Assembly (NCBI GenBank): GCA_964390945.1
Contig: CAYMIV010000002.1
Location: 1,784 to 65,783, forward strand
From: an uncultured Candidatus Saccharibacteria bacterium
GTDB taxonomy: Bacteria > Patescibacteriota > Minisyncoccia > Phycocordibacterales > UBA918
Length of the DNA stretch: 64,000 nucleotides
Direction: 5' to 3'
The notes under the pieces were generated by a model that saw only the letters and a program-made list of their open reading frames with translations, was not told where the DNA came from and did not search any database. Below are positions 37,806 through 47,751 of this stretch, one piece after another (the stretch's first letter is position 1; each line of letters opens with the position of its first letter). A program made the translations under genes and the position numbers.

Positions 37806-39755
37806 GTGTTCTTAGTGTCCATGAACCACCTTGAAGGTCTCAATCCAGCGCAGAAAGAAGCCGTTTTATACACGGACGGGCCGCTTCTCGTGCTCGCGGG
37901 CGCGGGGTCGGGGAAAACGCGGGTTATTACGCACCGCATTATCCACCTCATAGAACAGGGAATTGCCCCACAGAACATTCTCGCGGTCACCTTCACCAAT
38001 AAGGCAGCTCGTGAGATGCGGGAACGTGTTTTTTCGCTTATGAAGTCGTCCTTCCCTGCATTGCGCGCAAGTATTGATTCAACACCCACAATTGCAACTT
38101 TTCACTCGCTCGGCGTCCGTATGCTCCGAGATCACCATGAGACCCTGGGCCTACGCCGGCACTTCGTCATCTACGATAGGAGCGATTCGGTGCGTGCAAT
38201 GAAAAAGGCCCTTGAGGCAGGGGGGTACACCGATAAACAATTCGAACCAAGAAAAATCCTCGGCATGATATCGCGTGCAAAGGGAGATGCACAATCACCC
38301 GAGGATTACCGGACGAATGCACGCTCATATCCGGAGAGGGTTGCCGCCGATGCGTGGGGGCGGTATGACGCCGCGCTGAGGGGGGAGCACGCCCTCGATT
38401 TTGATGACCTGCTTATTAAAACGCTCACTATGTTAAGGAGCCATCCTCACATCCTTGCGGAGTATCGCGACCATTTCCGCTACATCCATATTGACGAGTA
38501 CCAAGACACCAATAAGGTGCAGTACGAAATCGCTCGACTTCTTGCGGGAGATTCGGAGAACCTCTGTGTTGTCGGCGACGTCGACCAGAATATCTATTCG
38601 TGGCGCGGCGCCGACATAGCAAACATCATGCAGTTCGAGCGTCATTTCCCGAACGCAAAAATAATCATGCTCGAAGAAAACTACCGCTCGACACAAACCA
38701 TCATTGCCGCATCAAACGACATCATCGAAAAAAATGTTAACCGCCCGCCAAAGAAAGTCTTCACACACAATCATGAGGGCGAGCCGATTGCGCTCTATGT
38801 TGCCATGAGCGCGGAAGAAGAAGCGGAGCATGTCGCGCTCACCGCAAAAAACATCATCAGGGACGGAGCGTCTCCTTCGGGTATCGCTGTTTTGTTCCGT
38901 ACCAATTTCCAATCCCGTGCGCTCGAAGAGGCGTTTATAAACTTCGGGGTTCCCTACCAAGTCCTCGGAACTAGGTTTTTTGAACGAAAGGAAGTGAAAG
39001 ATGTGCTTTCGTATCTCCGCCTTGCGCTCAATCCGGAGAGTGTCGCCGATCTTGCGCGCGTGATAAACAATCCGCCGCGCGGTATCGGCAAAGTGACGCT
39101 CCTAAAAATTGTCGAGGGGAGACGGGGAGAACTTACCGGTTCGGCATCGGAAAAGGTTGCCCAGTTCGAGCGAATGATGGATGAGATTCGCGCCGTCGCG
39201 CTCGAGAAGCCTGTCGATGAAACGCTGAAGTTTATTCTGAAACGAACAAAAATCGAGGAGGAGCTTGTAAGCGGAGGGGAAGAGGGTTTGGAGCGTCTTG
39301 AAAATCTCCGCGAGCTTGTCACCCTGGGGACCAGATATCAAGAACTTGAGCCACATGAGGCGGTTGAATGTCTTCTTGAGGACGCCGCACTCCAAAGTGA
39401 TCAAGACGAACTCCGCGCAAAGGAGGAGCAGGACGCCGTTCGTCTCATGACCATTCATGCCTCGAAAGGTCTTGAGTTTCCCTACGTGTTCATTACCGGT
39501 CTTGAGGAGGGGCTTTTTCCGCATGAGCGGCTCTCGGACGAAAAAATTGATGAGGAAGAGGAGCGTCGACTCTTTTACGTTGCGCTCACGCGGGCGCAAA
39601 AAAAGGTATACCTGTCGTTTGCGCACCTGCGCACCATTTTTGGAAGCCAGCGAGTCAACGTACCTTCCTCATTCCTCACCGACATAAGCGAGCATCTCCT
39701 TGAGAGCAAAAACCCGAATGAGTCGGGATATGAGACAACCGTTTACCTCGATTGA
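37806..39755 (+). CDS. pcrA: ATP-dependent DNA helicase PcrA/UvrD (superfamily 1)
   Basis: Walker A AGAGSGKT; motifs DEYQDTN, TIHASKGLEF and VALTRA. Confidence 0.9.
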   Translation: MFLVSMNHLEGLNPAQKEAVLYTDGPLLVLAGAGSGKTRVITHRIIHLIEQGIAPQNILAVTFTNKAAREMRERVFSLMKSSFPALRASIDSTPTIATFHSLGVRMLRDHHETLGLRRHFVIYDRSDSVRAMKKALEAGGYTDKQFEPRKILGMISRAKGDAQSPEDYRTNARSYPERVAADAWGRYDAALRGEHALDFDDLLIKTLTMLRSHPHILAEYRDHFRYIHIDEYQDTNKVQYEIARLLAGDSENLCVVGDVDQNIYSWRGADIANIMQFERHFPNAKIIMLEENYRSTQTIIAASNDIIEKNVNRPPKKVFTHNHEGEPIALYVAMSAEEEAEHVALTAKNIIRDGASPSGIAVLFRTNFQSRALEEAFINFGVPYQVLGTRFFERKEVKDVLSYLRLALNPESVADLARVINNPPRGIGKVTLLKIVEGRRGELTGSASEKVAQFERMMDEIRAVALEKPVDETLKFILKRTKIEEELVSGGEEGLERLENLRELVTLGTRYQELEPHEAVECLLEDAALQSDQDELRAKEEQDAVRLMTIHASKGLEFPYVFITGLEEGLFPHERLSDEKIDEEEERRLFYVALTRAQKKVYLSFAHLRTIFGSQRVNVPSSFLTDISEHLLESKNPNESGYETTVYLD

Positions 39756-39785
39756 GTTTTTTGCCGAACGCGATAGTCTATCGTT

Positions 39786-40604
39786 ATGCGCATACCGCCC
39801 AAAAAATCCCTCGGCCAGCATTTTTTGAATAATCAAACCATTCCGAAACTCATGGCTGATGCCGCGTCGGTTGGGTCGGGGGATGTTGTCTTTGAAATAG
39901 GCCCCGGAACGGGCGTACTCACCGCAGAGTTGCTTCGGCGCGGTACAAAGGTTATCGCTGTTGAGGCAGACGACCGCGCTATTCAGGCACTCCGGAACAC
40001 CTTTTCACAAGAAATACAAGAGGCCCGCCTCGAACTTGTTCATGCCGACATGCGTACCGCTCCGATTTCTTCTTTTGGAGTTTATGAACATGCGTACAAG
40101 GTGGTTGCGAACATTCCCTACTATCTTTCCGGCAAACTCTTTCGGGCGCTCCTCGAAACAGAATGCCAGCCATCGCACATTGTCTTTCTTGTACAGAAGG
40201 AGGTGGCGGAGCGCATTGCACGCGACAAAAAAGAATCACTCCTATCCTTGAGTGTGAAGGTGTTTGGCAACCCTCGCTATGTCAAAACGGTGGGGCGTGG
40301 TAATTTCACTCCACAACCCCGCGTTGATTCAGCAGTCATTTCCATATCAGACATTTCACACGACCGACTCCGTGGTGTGGATGCGCGTTTCTTTTTTGAG
40401 TTACTCCACGCTGGCTTTGGCTCAAAACGAAAGCAACTTCTCGGAAATCTCGCCACCCTGTTCCCGCGCAATATTCTCCAACACACATTTGAGGACGTGG
40501 GTGTTCCACCCGACATCCGTGCGGAGGACGTGGGTCTTGCGACATGGCTTGTGCTCGCGAATGCACTGATTGTCCACAGATCCTCCACAGGTAGTACAGT
40601 CTAG
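39786..40604 (+). CDS. rsmA: 16S rRNA (adenine1518/1519-N6)-dimethyltransferase
   Basis: LGQHFL and EIGPGTGVLT SAM-binding motifs (KsgA/RsmA). Confidence 0.9.
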   Translation: MRIPPKKSLGQHFLNNQTIPKLMADAASVGSGDVVFEIGPGTGVLTAELLRRGTKVIAVEADDRAIQALRNTFSQEIQEARLELVHADMRTAPISSFGVYEHAYKVVANIPYYLSGKLFRALLETECQPSHIVFLVQKEVAERIARDKKESLLSLSVKVFGNPRYVKTVGRGNFTPQPRVDSAVISISDISHDRLRGVDARFFFELLHAGFGSKRKQLLGNLATLFPRNILQHTFEDVGVPPDIRAEDVGLATWLVLANALIVHRSSTGSTV

Positions 40605-40627
40605 GGACACTTACTCTCAACAGATGT

Positions 40628-41569
40628 ATGCACGCCCCGCATACCGCTGAGTCCTGGTATACTACGATGATGGTTTCGATTCTCAAACAATATGCCTATG
40701 TTGTGGGGGCGCTCCTCTGCGCGTTTTTTATCATTGGTCTGGCTCTCTATGTTCGTTCCCACGAAGACGGCGGCGCAGAGGGTGGGGTTATTGCTTTGCC
40801 CGCCCCTGACCGCACCTCGCTTGCGGTGCCCGATTCAGATGGTGACGGAATTCCGGACTGGCAAAACGAACTGGTAAAGAACATCATCGCTTCGGTGAGC
40901 ACAACGAGCGCGCTCTATGACACGAACGCAACATATACGCCGCCAACAACATTTACGGGGCGTTTTGCGGAGGAGTTTTTCAAAGATTATCTCGTACGGA
41001 AGGGTTCGGGGGAAACCTTTGAAGACCCGAGCGCTCTGGTTGAAAATGCGGTGAATAGTATTGAAGCGAGCACGGGCGCTTCGAAACACTCTCGTCTCGA
41101 TATCAATCTGATTTCCGACAGCGAAACCGAGGTGCGGGAGTACGCCAATGCCCTCGGGGCGATTATACTCGCTCACCCGACAGGAAGTACTGCTAACGAG
41201 GCGGTGATATTTTCAAAGGCTCTTCAGGAACAAAACCCCGGTGGTCTTGATGCTCTAAAACCGCGCAAAGAGGCGTATGAAGCGATTCTTCGGGAAACAC
41301 TCCTTGTTCCAGTGCCCGAACCGCTCATTAGCACACACCTCGATATTTTGAATGCATATGAGGCTATTATTCTCGATATCGAGGCAATGGAATTGGCATT
41401 TGATGACCCGCTCCTTGCTCTTGCGCGCCTCAAGAAATACCCGGATGATGCCGAGGCATTTGTCCGAGCATTTAAAGAACTGTCTTCATACGTTACCTCG
41501 CGAGGCATTGTATACACTAAAGATGAGCCGGGGGCGATGCTTTACATTTTTGATGCGCTGAATATTTGA
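40628..41569 (+). CDS. hypothetical membrane-anchored protein
   Basis: TM helix near the N-terminus and a helical C-terminal domain; it precedes the T4SS-like locus. Confidence 0.35.
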   Translation: MHAPHTAESWYTTMMVSILKQYAYVVGALLCAFFIIGLALYVRSHEDGGAEGGVIALPAPDRTSLAVPDSDGDGIPDWQNELVKNIIASVSTTSALYDTNATYTPPTTFTGRFAEEFFKDYLVRKGSGETFEDPSALVENAVNSIEASTGASKHSRLDINLISDSETEVREYANALGAIILAHPTGSTANEAVIFSKALQEQNPGGLDALKPRKEAYEAILRETLLVPVPEPLISTHLDILNAYEAIILDIEAMELAFDDPLLALARLKKYPDDAEAFVRAFKELSSYVTSRGIVYTKDEPGAMLYIFDALNI

Positions 41570-41724
41570 GTTTTGCGGGCACGCACTCTCAACACCGACA
41601 CAATGTTCTCTGGGTCGGTGCTTGCTATACTTATTGTATAGAGTATGCGAACGCATATGGTTTTCTACGGAGTGCCTTGTCGTGAGTTTTTGCGTACCCG
41701 TCAACCGAACGAATCTTTTCTATA

Positions 41725-44058
41725 ATGTCTCTGGCGCAATATAAAACCTTTGGAAAATTGTTCATTACAGGCATTCTTTCGTGTATTCTTTTACTTTCCG
41801 CATATACGCCTTTTCTCTTTCCGACACAGGTTGCTCATGCAATCCCCGTTGAAATAACAACCGATTTTTCCCTTGCGGGTCTCGGGACGTGGGCGGAGTC
41901 GATACTCACTACCGCAAACACGCTCATGCTTCGCTTCAAGGAAATGATACTCGACCCCGGCGTCTGGTTGTTAACCACAATCATCCTACAAAAACTATCG
42001 CAACAGATTATCAGTTGGATAAATTCCGGCTTTAATGGAAGTCCCGCGTTCGTCAGTGATTTTGGCGGATTTCTTCGCGACATTGCTGACAGAACCGCTG
42101 GTGAATTCATATTCGGTGGTGATTTAGGTTTTCTCTGCTCCCCGTTCAAACTCAACGTACAGTTGGCGCTCGATATCCAATATCAGCGGAGCCGGAATAC
42201 GGATTTTAAATTTGATTCCCAGTGTACGCTTTCCGGTGTTGTGTCGAATATTCAAAACTTCATGGATGGTGATTTCTTTGCGGGGGGTTGGGATGGCTGG
42301 TTTGAGATGACCCAACGCGCACAGAATAATCCGTATGGTGCGCTCGTCCTTGCGCAGGAGCAACTCGCACTGCGGGTTGCAAACACCAAGCAACGGGAGA
42401 CCAAACTGCTTGATTTCAGCAAGGGATTTTTCAGCCAGCGGCACTGTGAGAGCGGGGGGCCAGGCGACCCCCCCACATGCTGGACGGTCACACCGGGAAG
42501 TGCGATTGAGAATCAACTTAATAGCGCCCTCGATATTCCTATGGGACGACTGACTATTGCAGACGAGTTTGATGAGATTCTTGCAGCGCTGTTTGCCTAT
42601 CTTGTTCCAACCATGCTTAACGGCGCAGGCGGTCTTCTTGGACTCACGAATGGTTCGTATGGGGGAAGCAGCGGGACATACTACACACAGCTTGCAAACG
42701 CTTCGACAACTTCCTCTGCACAGTGCGGAGCGGCATCAATTGGAAGTTACACAAGTGCACCAACCACCGACCTTTGCACCTATGGGGCTCCGTCGCCCGT
42801 GTCAGGATCGGGTCCGTGGACATGGACCTGCACCACTCCGCAGGGATCTGTTTCATGTACTGCAAACACCCAGTCTGGAGTACTGCCTCCGGGTGGAGGC
42901 GGTGGGGGGGGAGGGGCACAAGATTTTTGTTCACAATACAGCGATGTTATGGAGAACACCGCCACATGGGGAGACTATTCACGTCAACTTACCGGGCCAT
43001 GGCGTACTGGTATTCTCGTATATGAATTCACTGTGCCGCAAACATTCGCAACATACTCGGGGGTCGGTTACACATCAATGGCGGAGTACCAGGGTCCGCC
43101 CCAATTGCGCCGCATGACACTTTCTCGGAGTAAGTGTGACTTCAGACCAACAGATCCGACTGGTGTAAACGGACCGTTTGAGGTCAGCACTGGGATGCAA
43201 ACGACCATATACTGGAACGTTGGAGTTGCACCGCACTCGCTTATACCAGGAGAAACCTACTACATGAATTTTGCCAACGTCGACCCGGCTACCTCGGGAA
43301 TAAGTGACTGTCCACAAAGTGCCTGCAATGCCGGATATAGCACCATATGGCCAAGCGGAGGTAGTGGTAGTGGAGGAGGCGGGGGGGGAGGTGGGGGAAC
43401 GCCGGGAAACGGTGTGTGTGGTACAGCTCAGGGTGGTTTGTACTCAAGCGCACCAACAACAAATCTCTGTTTGTCGGGCACCGCATCTCTGCCGGTACTT
43501 AACTCCACAAGCCAGTGGTTGTGGTCGTGTGGATCCGGAACCAACATAGTTACCTGCACAGCAAACAATCCCGCAGGAACCCCTTCGATATCTACAAACA
43601 TCACTTCATACGTCGCAAATCATCTTCCAATCACCTATAACAATGTGAATCCTGCAACCATGTCGTTACGAACATGGAATATCACAACCGGCGGAGTCCA
43701 CACCACAGCTCTTCCGGGGTGGTCAGGAACCAATTTTGACGTCACATACCCCTCGGGTTTCTTTGTTGCAGGAAACAGTGTCGAGATCTCCATTATAAAT
43801 ACTTCAAGTAGTGCGCGGGTCGGTAACCTTGTGAGTTTCATTATACCAAGTGGCGGTGGCGGGGGGGGAGGTGGGGGTGGCGGTGGAAGTCCTGCAATCC
43901 CCGCGTTTCCGTGGACGGTGATGGGAGTACAGTACGCCTCACAGGCACAATTTGATGCTGCGGTTGTTGCAAACACCTTCATGGGGCAGGCTGTCAGAAT
44001 AAACGGCGTCACGGTACTCTCGGGATTCGGACCGGGAATTGACGGGACATCACCATAA
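41725..44058 (+). CDS. large secreted surface protein with Gly-runs and duplicated 4-Cys modules
   Basis: Signal peptide. Two copies of the module CG.A..G.Y[ST]SAPTT[DN]LC...W.W.C....V.CTAN, each after a poly-Gly linker (GGGGGGGG, GGSGSGGGGGGGGG, GGGGGGGGGGGGG). Three poly-G(8) nucleotide tracts lie in the coding sequence. Confidence 0.5.
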   Translation: MSLAQYKTFGKLFITGILSCILLLSAYTPFLFPTQVAHAIPVEITTDFSLAGLGTWAESILTTANTLMLRFKEMILDPGVWLLTTIILQKLSQQIISWINSGFNGSPAFVSDFGGFLRDIADRTAGEFIFGGDLGFLCSPFKLNVQLALDIQYQRSRNTDFKFDSQCTLSGVVSNIQNFMDGDFFAGGWDGWFEMTQRAQNNPYGALVLAQEQLALRVANTKQRETKLLDFSKGFFSQRHCESGGPGDPPTCWTVTPGSAIENQLNSALDIPMGRLTIADEFDEILAALFAYLVPTMLNGAGGLLGLTNGSYGGSSGTYYTQLANASTTSSAQCGAASIGSYTSAPTTDLCTYGAPSPVSGSGPWTWTCTTPQGSVSCTANTQSGVLPPGGGGGGGGAQDFCSQYSDVMENTATWGDYSRQLTGPWRTGILVYEFTVPQTFATYSGVGYTSMAEYQGPPQLRRMTLSRSKCDFRPTDPTGVNGPFEVSTGMQTTIYWNVGVAPHSLIPGETYYMNFANVDPATSGISDCPQSACNAGYSTIWPSGGSGSGGGGGGGGGTPGNGVCGTAQGGLYSSAPTTNLCLSGTASLPVLNSTSQWLWSCGSGTNIVTCTANNPAGTPSISTNITSYVANHLPITYNNVNPATMSLRTWNITTGGVHTTALPGWSGTNFDVTYPSGFFVAGNSVEISIINTSSSARVGNLVSFIIPSGGGGGGGGGGGGSPAIPAFPWTVMGVQYASQAQFDAAVVANTFMGQAVRINGVTVLSGFGPGIDGTSP
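42904..42911 (+). repeat. poly-G(8) homopolymer inside the surface-protein CDS
   Basis: gggggggg encodes part of a Gly run; candidate slipped-strand site. Confidence 0.8.
43381..43388 (+). repeat. poly-G(8) homopolymer inside the surface-protein CDS
   Basis: gggggggg. Confidence 0.8.
43861..43868 (+). repeat. poly-G(8) homopolymer inside the surface-protein CDS
   Basis: gggggggg. Confidence 0.8.
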
Positions 44059-44063
44059 AAACC

Positions 44064-46028
44064 ATGCGACGCCCCTTTGACAACAAAATACAAATTGGAT
44101 TGCGGAATGCGGTTTTGGCGTTTCTTCTTGTTGGGGGCGTGCTGATCTCTCTGGGCGCAGCACAATCAGCCTGGGCAGATACTGTCGGTGATGCAGACAT
44201 AAAACCACCCACAAACGGGGTATCAAACACAACCTCATACGGCAACCTCATTGGCTACGTATTACTCACACCCGCCGCCGGCATCACCTGGCTTGGCGGG
44301 AAGGCGCTCGAGGTGAGCGTGGAGAAGTTGGTGCTTGGGATGAAAAATATATACGACGGGGGGCTTGGTTACACAGTGGAAACGGTTTGGAAAATCGTCC
44401 GCGACCTCTGCAATCTTGCATTTATATTCGGCTTCATCTATCTCGGCATTCGCACCATCTTTGATTCTGAGAGCGCCAACGTGAAGCGTATGCTCGCCTC
44501 CATCATTATCGGGGCACTCCTTATCAACTTCAGTCTCTTCTTTGCGAAGTTCATCATTGACGTCGGGAACGTATTTGCGGTCAACATCATGACCACCCTG
44601 AGCATTGACGGGTCGAGCTTGACCTACCAGATTGCTGACACGCTTGGTCTCACCACGATTTATAATCCGAAGCAGAGCGGTGCAATCCTGGGGAATCTAA
44701 CTGCCGGTGCCAATATCACGTTCTTTGTGATGGCGGCGATATTTCTTCTCGTTGCCGCATTTGTGATGTTTGCGGGGGCATTTCTCCTCATGATACGGTT
44801 TGTTGCGCTCGTTTTTATTATGATTTTTTCGCCTGTTCTTTTTGGGGCGACGGTGTTTCCACAAACCCAGCGCTACGCGAGTATGCTTTGGTCTAAACTC
44901 ATCAGTTACTCGTTCTTCGCGCCGGCCTACCTCTTTTTGCTCTATGTATCGCTCGCCGTTTTAAACGGCATCATGACATCCTTTGGTAAAGGCAAGCTGG
45001 CGGATGCACTGCAGGGAACCGCAGGCAGCGCACCGACATCGGGGATGTTTGATGTGGTTCTTCTCTTTGTCATCTGTATTCTATTCCTCATCTACTCGCT
45101 CAAGATTGCACAGCAGCTGAGCGTCTTTGGTGCCGACAGGGCGATATCACTCACAAAACAATGGAGCGGAAGAGCGACAGCAGGACTTGCGGCTGCGGCG
45201 GGGCGCGCAACCATTGGAAAATATGCGCACTCTATGTCCGAGGATGAACGTCTGAAAGATCGCGCGAGCCAAAAGGGCGTACGTGGTTTTGTTGCTCGAC
45301 AACAACTTAAGGCGAGCCGCGTTGTAGGTGATAGTTCGTTTGATGCCCGGAACACCGCCGCCGGCAAAGCATTGGGTTTTGAGGGCAGAAAGGGCGGATA
45401 TACAACGATGAAAAAGGAAGTTGAGGAGAGGGAAACTAAATTTGCTCGATCGCTAGGTGAAATAAAGGATGATGATGTTGAGGTACAGGCACGAAAGAAG
45501 GAGTTTTCTTTCGAACAATCTCGTCTTCGAACACTGGAAGAGGAATTGAATAGAATTGATAAAAATGACGTTGGGGCTCGTGTGGCAAAACGTGATGAAA
45601 TTGAGAAGCAAAAAGAGTTAATACAGAACTCACAGGTTGCGTTCGAAAGAGAAAAGCAGCGAAGAATCGTCGGGAGCACGTATTCAAAACCAAATCCCGG
45701 TGATGCTGCACTAATAAAAAAACAAAAGGACGATATTAAAACACTGATGAATGATATTAAAACGGAGTGGGATGTATACGTTCGGTTGCCTGATGTGGCA
45801 AAGGAGGGCCATCGCTCTGTGATACAAACCTTAAAAACCCAACTCGACAATCTCCAGTCAAAGCACGCTGAACTCCTCAAGAATCAGCCAGACCGTGGCT
45901 ATGCTGGTGTGCTTGAGAGTAGTAAGCGCATAACTGCTTGGCCAAAGGGTCGTATGGTAACACACGAAAGGGAGGCGGGCAGGGCGATACGAAAAACTGC
46001 CGAGAAGGGATTACCGAAAGAAAAATAA
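44064..46028 (+). CDS. VirB6/TrbL-like polytopic membrane protein with a C-terminal coiled-coil (T4SS-like)
   Basis: Signal-like N-terminus, about six TM helices in the TrbL/VirB6 arrangement, long charged coiled-coil tail. Confidence 0.5.
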   Translation: MRRPFDNKIQIGLRNAVLAFLLVGGVLISLGAAQSAWADTVGDADIKPPTNGVSNTTSYGNLIGYVLLTPAAGITWLGGKALEVSVEKLVLGMKNIYDGGLGYTVETVWKIVRDLCNLAFIFGFIYLGIRTIFDSESANVKRMLASIIIGALLINFSLFFAKFIIDVGNVFAVNIMTTLSIDGSSLTYQIADTLGLTTIYNPKQSGAILGNLTAGANITFFVMAAIFLLVAAFVMFAGAFLLMIRFVALVFIMIFSPVLFGATVFPQTQRYASMLWSKLISYSFFAPAYLFLLYVSLAVLNGIMTSFGKGKLADALQGTAGSAPTSGMFDVVLLFVICILFLIYSLKIAQQLSVFGADRAISLTKQWSGRATAGLAAAAGRATIGKYAHSMSEDERLKDRASQKGVRGFVARQQLKASRVVGDSSFDARNTAAGKALGFEGRKGGYTTMKKEVEERETKFARSLGEIKDDDVEVQARKKEFSFEQSRLRTLEEELNRIDKNDVGARVAKRDEIEKQKELIQNSQVAFEREKQRRIVGSTYSKPNPGDAALIKKQKDDIKTLMNDIKTEWDVYVRLPDVAKEGHRSVIQTLKTQLDNLQSKHAELLKNQPDRGYAGVLESSKRITAWPKGRMVTHEREAGRAIRKTAEKGLPKEK

Positions 46029-46047
46029 TTCACATTAGGCAATTTCT

Positions 46048-46635
46048 ATGGAAATAACACGTGAAGAGGCACAGAAGATGTTGGCAATGCGACTTGATCA
46101 GTATCCTGAAACAAAGGCGCTCGTCAACTCACCCTCTTTTAAGAACAATCTTGCGCAGATTGCTGAGTTTTTTCAGGTTGATTCTGCCCTTTTGCCAATT
46201 ATTGAAAACGAGGTGCTGGTCGTTTTGTGTTTCTACGCTCCACTTACGGAGCTCGCACAAAATATCAGCGAGAGTACCGGGTTGCCGGTGAACCTTTGCG
46301 AAAACATCGCAACAATGCTTAATGCTCTTGTTTTTTCTCCTGTGCATGACGACCTCGCTGCCTTTGAATTATTGTGGGAGGAGGAACTTAAGAAAACCAC
46401 AACCGTCCCCGATGCAAATTCCGACCTCAAAGAGCGGCTCGATTTGAGACCCCAGAACGCTTCCGCTCCGTGGGGAGCATCACAACCCCCCAAACCCCTC
46501 ACCCGTGAAGAACTCATGAGCGCCCTTGCGCCGAAGCGCACCATGACAAGCGACATTGAAGCGATGCGTGCAAAGACCGGGGGTGCAAGTATTGTCGAAC
46601 CGCCGCCGCCACCCGCATCGCCCTCACCACAGTGA
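46048..46635 (+). CDS. hypothetical protein (Pro-rich C-terminus)
   Basis: 195 aa ending PPPPASPSPQ; no domain recognised. Confidence 0.3.
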   Translation: MEITREEAQKMLAMRLDQYPETKALVNSPSFKNNLAQIAEFFQVDSALLPIIENEVLVVLCFYAPLTELAQNISESTGLPVNLCENIATMLNALVFSPVHDDLAAFELLWEEELKKTTTVPDANSDLKERLDLRPQNASAPWGASQPPKPLTREELMSALAPKRTMTSDIEAMRAKTGGASIVEPPPPPASPSPQ

Positions 46636-46718
46636 CATGAGCCGCCCGAGAAGGTGGCTCGTGTGTTTTCCGCACGGGGAAGCGGCTCGTATGTGTTGTT
46701 GGTGTACAATAGCGTTAT

Positions 46719-47117
46719 ATGCGCTTTGAGGTGCCGCAATTTATTGAAGTTGAAGATAAAATCGTCGGTCCTTTGACATGGCGTCAATTTGTGTATCTTG
46801 CAGGCGGTGCCGGAACTGTCATCATCCTGTTCTTTTTACTGCCTTTTTTAATCGCGGCAGTTCTCTCAATTCCGTTTGTCGCCCTCGCGGGATTTCTCGC
46901 CTTCCACCAGGTGAACAACAGACCGTTTTCGTTTTTTCTTGAGGCGTTTTTTAATTATTTCACGAAAAGCCGCCTCTATCTCTGGAAGAAAGATGTCGCA
47001 CAAACAATCGTGACAAAGCGCGAGGCGCCCGTGTCTGTGGCACCGAAAGTCATTCCCGGGAAAACAAACCTTTCTGCACTCTCGACGAGGTTGGAACTTA
47101 ACAACATTCAAAAATAG
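46719..47117 (+). CDS. VirB3/PrgI-like small two-TM protein
   Basis: 132 aa with two adjacent TM helices immediately upstream of VirB4, the typical VirB3 position and topology. Confidence 0.4.
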   Translation: MRFEVPQFIEVEDKIVGPLTWRQFVYLAGGAGTVIILFFLLPFLIAAVLSIPFVALAGFLAFHQVNNRPFSFFLEAFFNYFTKSRLYLWKKDVAQTIVTKREAPVSVAPKVIPGKTNLSALSTRLELNNIQK

Positions 47118-47118
47118 C

Positions 47119-47748
47119 ATGGATACGAACGTACCTTCCCAACAATTTCTTCCCATTCAGGATGTCCGCGACGGTATTGCGGTGCTTGAGAACGGGCAAA
47201 TGTGCATCGTGCTCCTTGCCACCTCCATCAACTTTGCGCTCAAGTCGACTGATGAGCAGGAGGCGATACTCTCCCAATTTCAGACATTTCTGAATACGCT
47301 CGATTTCTCGCTTCAGTTTTATATTCAATCCAGACGGCTCGATATCCGACCCTACATGGAAATCCTCCGCGCGCAGGAAGTCCACCAATATAATGACCTC
47401 ATGAAAGTCCAGCTCCGCGAGTACATGGAGTTTATTCGCGCGTTCACCGAAGAAGTCGACATTATGTCGAAAAATTTCTTTGTGGTAATCCCTTATACGC
47501 CCACCGCTTCCGTTGATACCTCGCAGCTCAAGAAGGTGCTCAATTTCGGAGAAAAGAAACAGAGTCCCGAGATTGACCCGGCGAAGTTTGTCGAACACAG
47601 AAGCCAACTTGAACAGCGAGTCACGGTTGTCGAGCAGGGGCTCGCGCGCATCGGTATTCGCACCGCGCCGCTCGGCACTGATGAGCTCATCGAACTCTAT
47701 TATCACATCTTTAATCCGCAGGACATGTCGTCTGCACCGAAGCGATAG
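47119..47748 (+). CDS. VirB4/TrbE/CagE-family ATPase, N-terminal domain (upstream of an in-frame TAG)
   Basis: The 209 aa resemble the VirB4 N-terminal domain; the ORF ends at TAG 47746-47748 and the same frame continues at 47752. Confidence 0.6.
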   Translation: MDTNVPSQQFLPIQDVRDGIAVLENGQMCIVLLATSINFALKSTDEQEAILSQFQTFLNTLDFSLQFYIQSRRLDIRPYMEILRAQEVHQYNDLMKVQLREYMEFIRAFTEEVDIMSKNFFVVIPYTPTASVDTSQLKKVLNFGEKKQSPEIDPAKFVEHRSQLEQRVTVVEQGLARIGIRTAPLGTDELIELYYHIFNPQDMSSAPKR

Positions 47749-47751
47749 CGT

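Noticed and set aside
45092-45880. 262-aa minus-strand ORF
   Set aside because: It is antisense to the VirB6-like gene's charged coiled-coil region and has Ser/Phe-rich junk composition.
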